Shown here piece by piece: positions 59,427 to 64,000 of a stretch of DNA of 64,000 nucleotides (the stretch's first letter is position 1; each line of letters opens with the position of its first letter). Under the pieces are notes generated by a model. The model ran no database searches. It saw nothing but the letters and a program-made list of their open reading frames with translations, and was not told the origin of the DNA. The translations under genes and the position numbers were made by a program. This stretch comes from Microbotryum violaceum. Taxonomy: Eukaryota. The DNA lies in the NCBI GenBank assembly GCA_001244265.2, contig CDLV01000004.1, positions 3,472,001 through 3,536,000 on the forward strand. Reading direction: 5' to 3'.

Positions 59427-62400
59427 TATCAGCAAAATGGCCAAACGCGCGTAAGCGCGCGAAACCTCGTAAAGCAGTCGTTAAGCGGCCTAGAGCTGCT
59501 CTTAAGCGCCCTTAACCACTCGTTAAGCCGCGCGCGCATGTGATAACGCGCGCGAAAATTAAGGAGGGCATAAGGCAGCTTTTGCCTTACGAGGCCCGTA
59601 GGGCAAGTTTCGGGATTCCATAAGGCATTTTGTAATGCCTCGATAAGAATAAAATCCTTAAGGCCTCCGTAGGGCTTCCCTAGGGCCTCCCTACGGCGGG
59701 GCCATAAGGATTTCCCCCTAGCGCGCGCATACGGTCACCGTAGTGCCTTCATACGGCGGCCATCGGGAAAATCCTTCAGGCATCGGGGTTGAGGAGCCCT
59801 ATGGCGGCCCTCGTGCAGCCATATGGGAGCAATAGGGATCCTTTTATGGCTCTATAAGGACGGGCCATATGGCACCCGCAGGGATGCCATACGGGCTCGA
59901 TGAGGTCGCACTACAGTAGAATAAATCTGCTGCCATACGGAAGCCATGGTTGTCAGCCCAAGAGTCGCGTTCGGTCGCAGATAGTACTCCGGTCTACAGG
60001 GCTGATCATTGTACAGTGGGTTTCCACCCTTGTCATACGACTATGTTTTCTTGCATTCTCAAGCTCAACATCGTGTGCGAGGCCGAGCAGCCTCCCAGGG
60101 GCGACTCGGTCCCTCGGAGCTTGTCTGCGGCTTGCGGGTGGCTCCGGCCGTGCCCGGGGGCGGGGGCTGAGATCGACCGGTTGTGAGAGAGGAGGCGAGA
60201 GGAGCCAGCTGGAGCGGCCCTGGCGCCTTCGCGGAGCCCCACCCTCTCTTTCGTTTGCCCATTTGACAATCCCGGGCACAACATGTCCCTCGACAGTGAA
60301 CACCATGTCCGTGCAGTCGAGGGACTTGGAACAAGTCATGGAGAATGATGGGTGCTAACAACGTCATGGTTCCCGGCCGACCTGGGTGGTAGCGACTCTT
60401 TGCGGCACTCGGACCCACGCCCGGCCATCGGCTCGCAGTCGCGTTGACACGAACACTTTCATCGTGTCATCATCCTCATCGCCATCATCCACAGACTTTG
60501 TTTTGGAATGGTCCTCTCAGCGAGCTTCTGCCGGCTATGTGTGCGGATACTGTGGTGGCGAGCGCATGTGGTATCGTCGCGCCGTCCGACACGCCACGAC
60601 CAAGAAGCACCTCGACGCGTACAACAGTCGAGCCGATCCCGCTGTCAATTGGACCAACCGGTTACTGCAACCCACGCCCCAGGCGCTCTCGAGCAGCGAC
60701 GAGGCGGACTTGGTCGATTCCAATCAAAATCCGGCAGAGACCGGAACAGTAGGCCACTCTCTGCTTGCTGTCGCTGGCGAGATCATCAAGTCGTCTGAAA
60801 GCGTGCCTGCTTCCAGTCCGTCCCCGCCAAGTGATCACGAGGATTCCGTTCTCGACCACGCCCTCTTCCTTCCAGAAGGCAATTGCTCGCCCTATTTCCA
60901 GGGCACTGGCTCCAAGTCCGACAGCGAGGTCGAGATCGATGGCGGGGCGGAGGAAGAAGAGTCGGATGACTGGGTTAAGACTTGGGCCACTGCGGGCTCC
61001 ACCAGTGAGTGGGGACGAGCAATGATGCAATGACCCTCGTGAATTTTCCACTAACGCAAGTATTGCCCAACTTCTGGGCTGTAGCTGTGGTGACAGGCAG
61101 CCCCGCGATGCCCACACGGCTGGGCGTGCGCAACTACACAAGCGTACCTGATTCATCGCATCCCTGGTATCCCTTCCCCAGTCAGAATGTGCGCCGATCT
61201 ACTTTCTTTGCTCCGGAATCACGCGATCGGCCAGGAGCTGACCCCCTTGCGAACATAGATGATGATCATCGTCGTGTTTCTCAGATCCCACAAACGCCGG
61301 ATCGGCGTGCAAGAGCTGGACGACATGCTTGCATTCGCCAAGGCCTTCGGCGTGCAGGGTCTTCCTGCGGCGTCTTCCGTCAAAAAGTTTCTGGCCAACT
61401 TGGAAAAAGAGATTCCCCTCTTCAAGCCCCGCCAGTATACGAAGGAGGACGGACGCTCTCTTCACGTGGTGTCGCCTCGCGATTACGTCGCTGCGGTAGG
61501 TCCCTGCGATTCCGTGTCAATGGTCGAATGCCTTTGACTGAACCGTTTCCGGGAACGAACAATGCTGCACAGCAGCTTGCAACGCCTTCATTGGCCCCTC
61601 TTGTGCAGCATTATCCCGAGTTTCAGCCTTCTCAAGTCGATTCCGCCTATCACACTTGCCGCTGGCTCACTGACCTTCCTCCCAGATTTTCGGCCCCCAT
61701 GGCCCGCGTCAGGGGCGACGACTACTTTGTTGACGAGATCATCAAGCTCAAGGGTGTTGATGATATGCACTGGTTCGTCGGCCGCTTCGTGTCCTTCGAA
61801 AGCAAGGTGCACGCTTTCGTTTGCTTTGCAGCCATCAAGTCTATCTTTCGGGTCGAGGTCAAGCTGCCCGCTGCTGGGCGTCAACTCATAAAGTGGCCAC
61901 AAATGTCCCCTTCGCGATGGTGCCCGGTACCTGTCGAGCAGTTCGATCATCCAGTTCTCGAGATCGAACAGATGTTCCTCAATGTGACAATTGGTGAGTA
62001 CCTCACCCTTTCTTGCAACCTCTGCCGACGTACTGTGCGCTCATACTGGCTGAGTGAACACGGCGCGCTAGTCGTACTCGACCCGAACATAGAGCCTGAG
62101 GAACCCCAGCGGTTGCTACCCTTGCGATCAACCGATCGTCTTCTAGCGAAAAAAAAATTGCTTCTTGTGGCCCCCATGCGGTTGTTCCTCGATGACATGG
62201 CCGCGACGGAGTCCAAGCGATGGAACCCGATGTATACAGTAAATCGAACCCTCCACGGGCACGCAGGTTGAGCGGCGGCCGTCACTGACACTCCTTTCGT
62301 CTGACCCTGGATCCCCGCAGGCATCTATTCAGAACCTAGCCCTTCCCTCTACAGTGCTTCGGCGAAGACATATGCTGCATCACACCGGTGTCACCAACAT

Positions 62401-64000
62401 CGACGTGGATGCCCTTGATCTCGCCGAAGTTGTGCTTGCCTTGATTTCGTTTGTCACACTCGGTGCGCTCCTCTATCGCTTGGGAGCCCTCACTGATTGC
62501 TCGAACTTTTGATACTCGCCTAGAGAAACCATGGAGGACAATCCGATCGAGTGTTACAGCTCAGCGGCAGGTGGTGATGTCATGATTCGCACGCCGATCT
62601 TGTACTCCGTACACGACTCGCCGATGGCAGCGGCGTGCTCAGCGAGGGCAGGACGCGGAATGTTCCCATGCATCCGATGTCGATGGGGAGGCTCATGGAA
62701 GGAGAGGCTTACAGAGGCTCAGATGGTCTTGTTCTTCAAGGTGCGCCTGCCACTGCCCGTCCCTTCTGGCCGATCTTCGCAGTGGTGCTAATTCGTGATC
62801 CTGTGCCTCCGCAGTGTACATGCCAGCTGGATGGCAACACCACACGTGAAGAAGCGCTGCAACAGATCGAAACCTACGCGAGTGGGCTCGCGATGACGAG
62901 CGTCAAAGAACAACAGACCTCGACGGGCACCCACGACGCATGGACAAAGCGAACACTGCAGCGCCTCGCCAACTGCTTCAAAAAGGAAATGAAGCACAAG
63001 AGCTTCGGGGTAAAGCCCGAGACCTTAGAGGTGAAAGCCTACAACAACATGGGCCCAACGGCCAAGACGCGCGTAAAGACGGCGAATCAGGCGCGGGCTC
63101 TGGAGGAAGTGGGCAAGTTGAAAGATGAGCTGATAGAACGGGGTGACTACGTTGGGCCTTTCTTCAGCGTACCGCGTAAGTTACGTGCAAGCATTGCTTT
63201 CCTCAAATCAACTGTTCGGTGATGCCGATGGCGACTGACGCGAATGCATGACCCCAGACTTCGATCCGCACGCGCACATGCCGCTTGACGTTCTGCACGT
63301 CTACTACCTGGGTATCGTCAAGTACGCATGGAAAGCCACACTTCAAGTCGACAGCCTGAAGAAAGATCGCCCTGGAAGACTGCATTTGCATGCTTTCCTC
63401 ACCTCATTGTCGTCCGTTGGGCTATCTGGCAACATAGCCGCGTACCATTTCATACATTTCCAAGGGTCACTCGTCGGATATGACTTCGTGGTCTTCGCCC
63501 AAACGATGCCTCTAGTCGCGCAGTTCCTGTTCAAGAAGAAGTTGATGCCGCCAGACCTGAACGAGTGCTGGAGCGCAATTGGTAAACTCGGCCACCACCT
63601 TCACGCTCTAAAGGTGGCAGATCTCGAACGGTATGCCGTGAGTGCTTTGATATACGTGACATCTGGTCATCTGACCTTTGCTGACTTTTTGTTTTATTTT
63701 TTATTTTTATTTTTTCCCTTCACTGCCTGGCAGACCGAATGCGAGAGTCTCGTCAACAACGTTTTGCAGGCATCCATGCGTCGCAGCTTGCCTCACGTGC
63801 TCAACAAACACAATTACCATACCCTTGCCAGCCTGGGGAATACCATTCGAATGTTTGGCCCGCCCCACTCATTTGATGCGTCTCTGGCGGAGTCGGCCAA
63901 CAAAGTCATCCGCCAGCACAACCTACGAACGAACCACCACGATGTCTCCGGCGATATTGCCCGCAAACTTGGAGACACAGAACGTGTGAATTTCATTGCT
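59427..64000 (+). mobile_element. Large CMC/EnSpm-related DNA transposon with a spliced transposase (about 60386 to beyond 64000); runs off the right edge
   Basis: Candidate terminus TATCAGCAAAATGGCCA and TAAGG/GCCC repeats at 59440-59940. Motifs WYPFPS, LFLDD..SKRWN, DSPM..CIRC, DPHAHMPLDVLH..LG..KY, IRMFGP, ESANKVIR. Confidence 0.7.

Noticed and set aside
60150-60230. TPP riboswitch-like GGG..CTGAGA
   Set aside because: The downstream ACCTGAT/TAAT/GCG..GG core is absent and there is no thiamine gene context.

Overview
This is eukaryotic, intron-containing fungal DNA. GT..AG introns with CTRAC branch sites and a TCG>TTG hypermutation pattern point to a basidiomycete, probably Pucciniomycotina or Microbotryum-like (inference). 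Most of the window is nested, degenerate transposons: three Ty1/copia elements, two chromodomain Ty3/gypsy elements with solo LTRs, LINE fragments, and several DNA transposons (CMC/EnSpm-like, a GCM-finger MULE-like element, and a P-like family). Only three host genes are recognisable: a DIM1 pseudogene with three in-frame stops, pantoate-beta-alanine ligase (PAN6/panC) and DCN1. Most notable observations: (i) a TIR-bounded P-element-like transposase carrying a Ulp1/C48 SUMO-protease domain, with seven related termini and deleted derivatives; (ii) a MULE-like element with a GCM zinc finger and a USP-like cysteine protease; (iii) a mitochondrial cox3 fragment (NUMT) inside that element; (iv) two local inversions that can be reconstructed from the sequence; (v) chromoviruses with a hairpin plus oligo(T) in place of a tRNA primer-binding site. 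Family calls rest on motifs recognised by eye; no database search was run.
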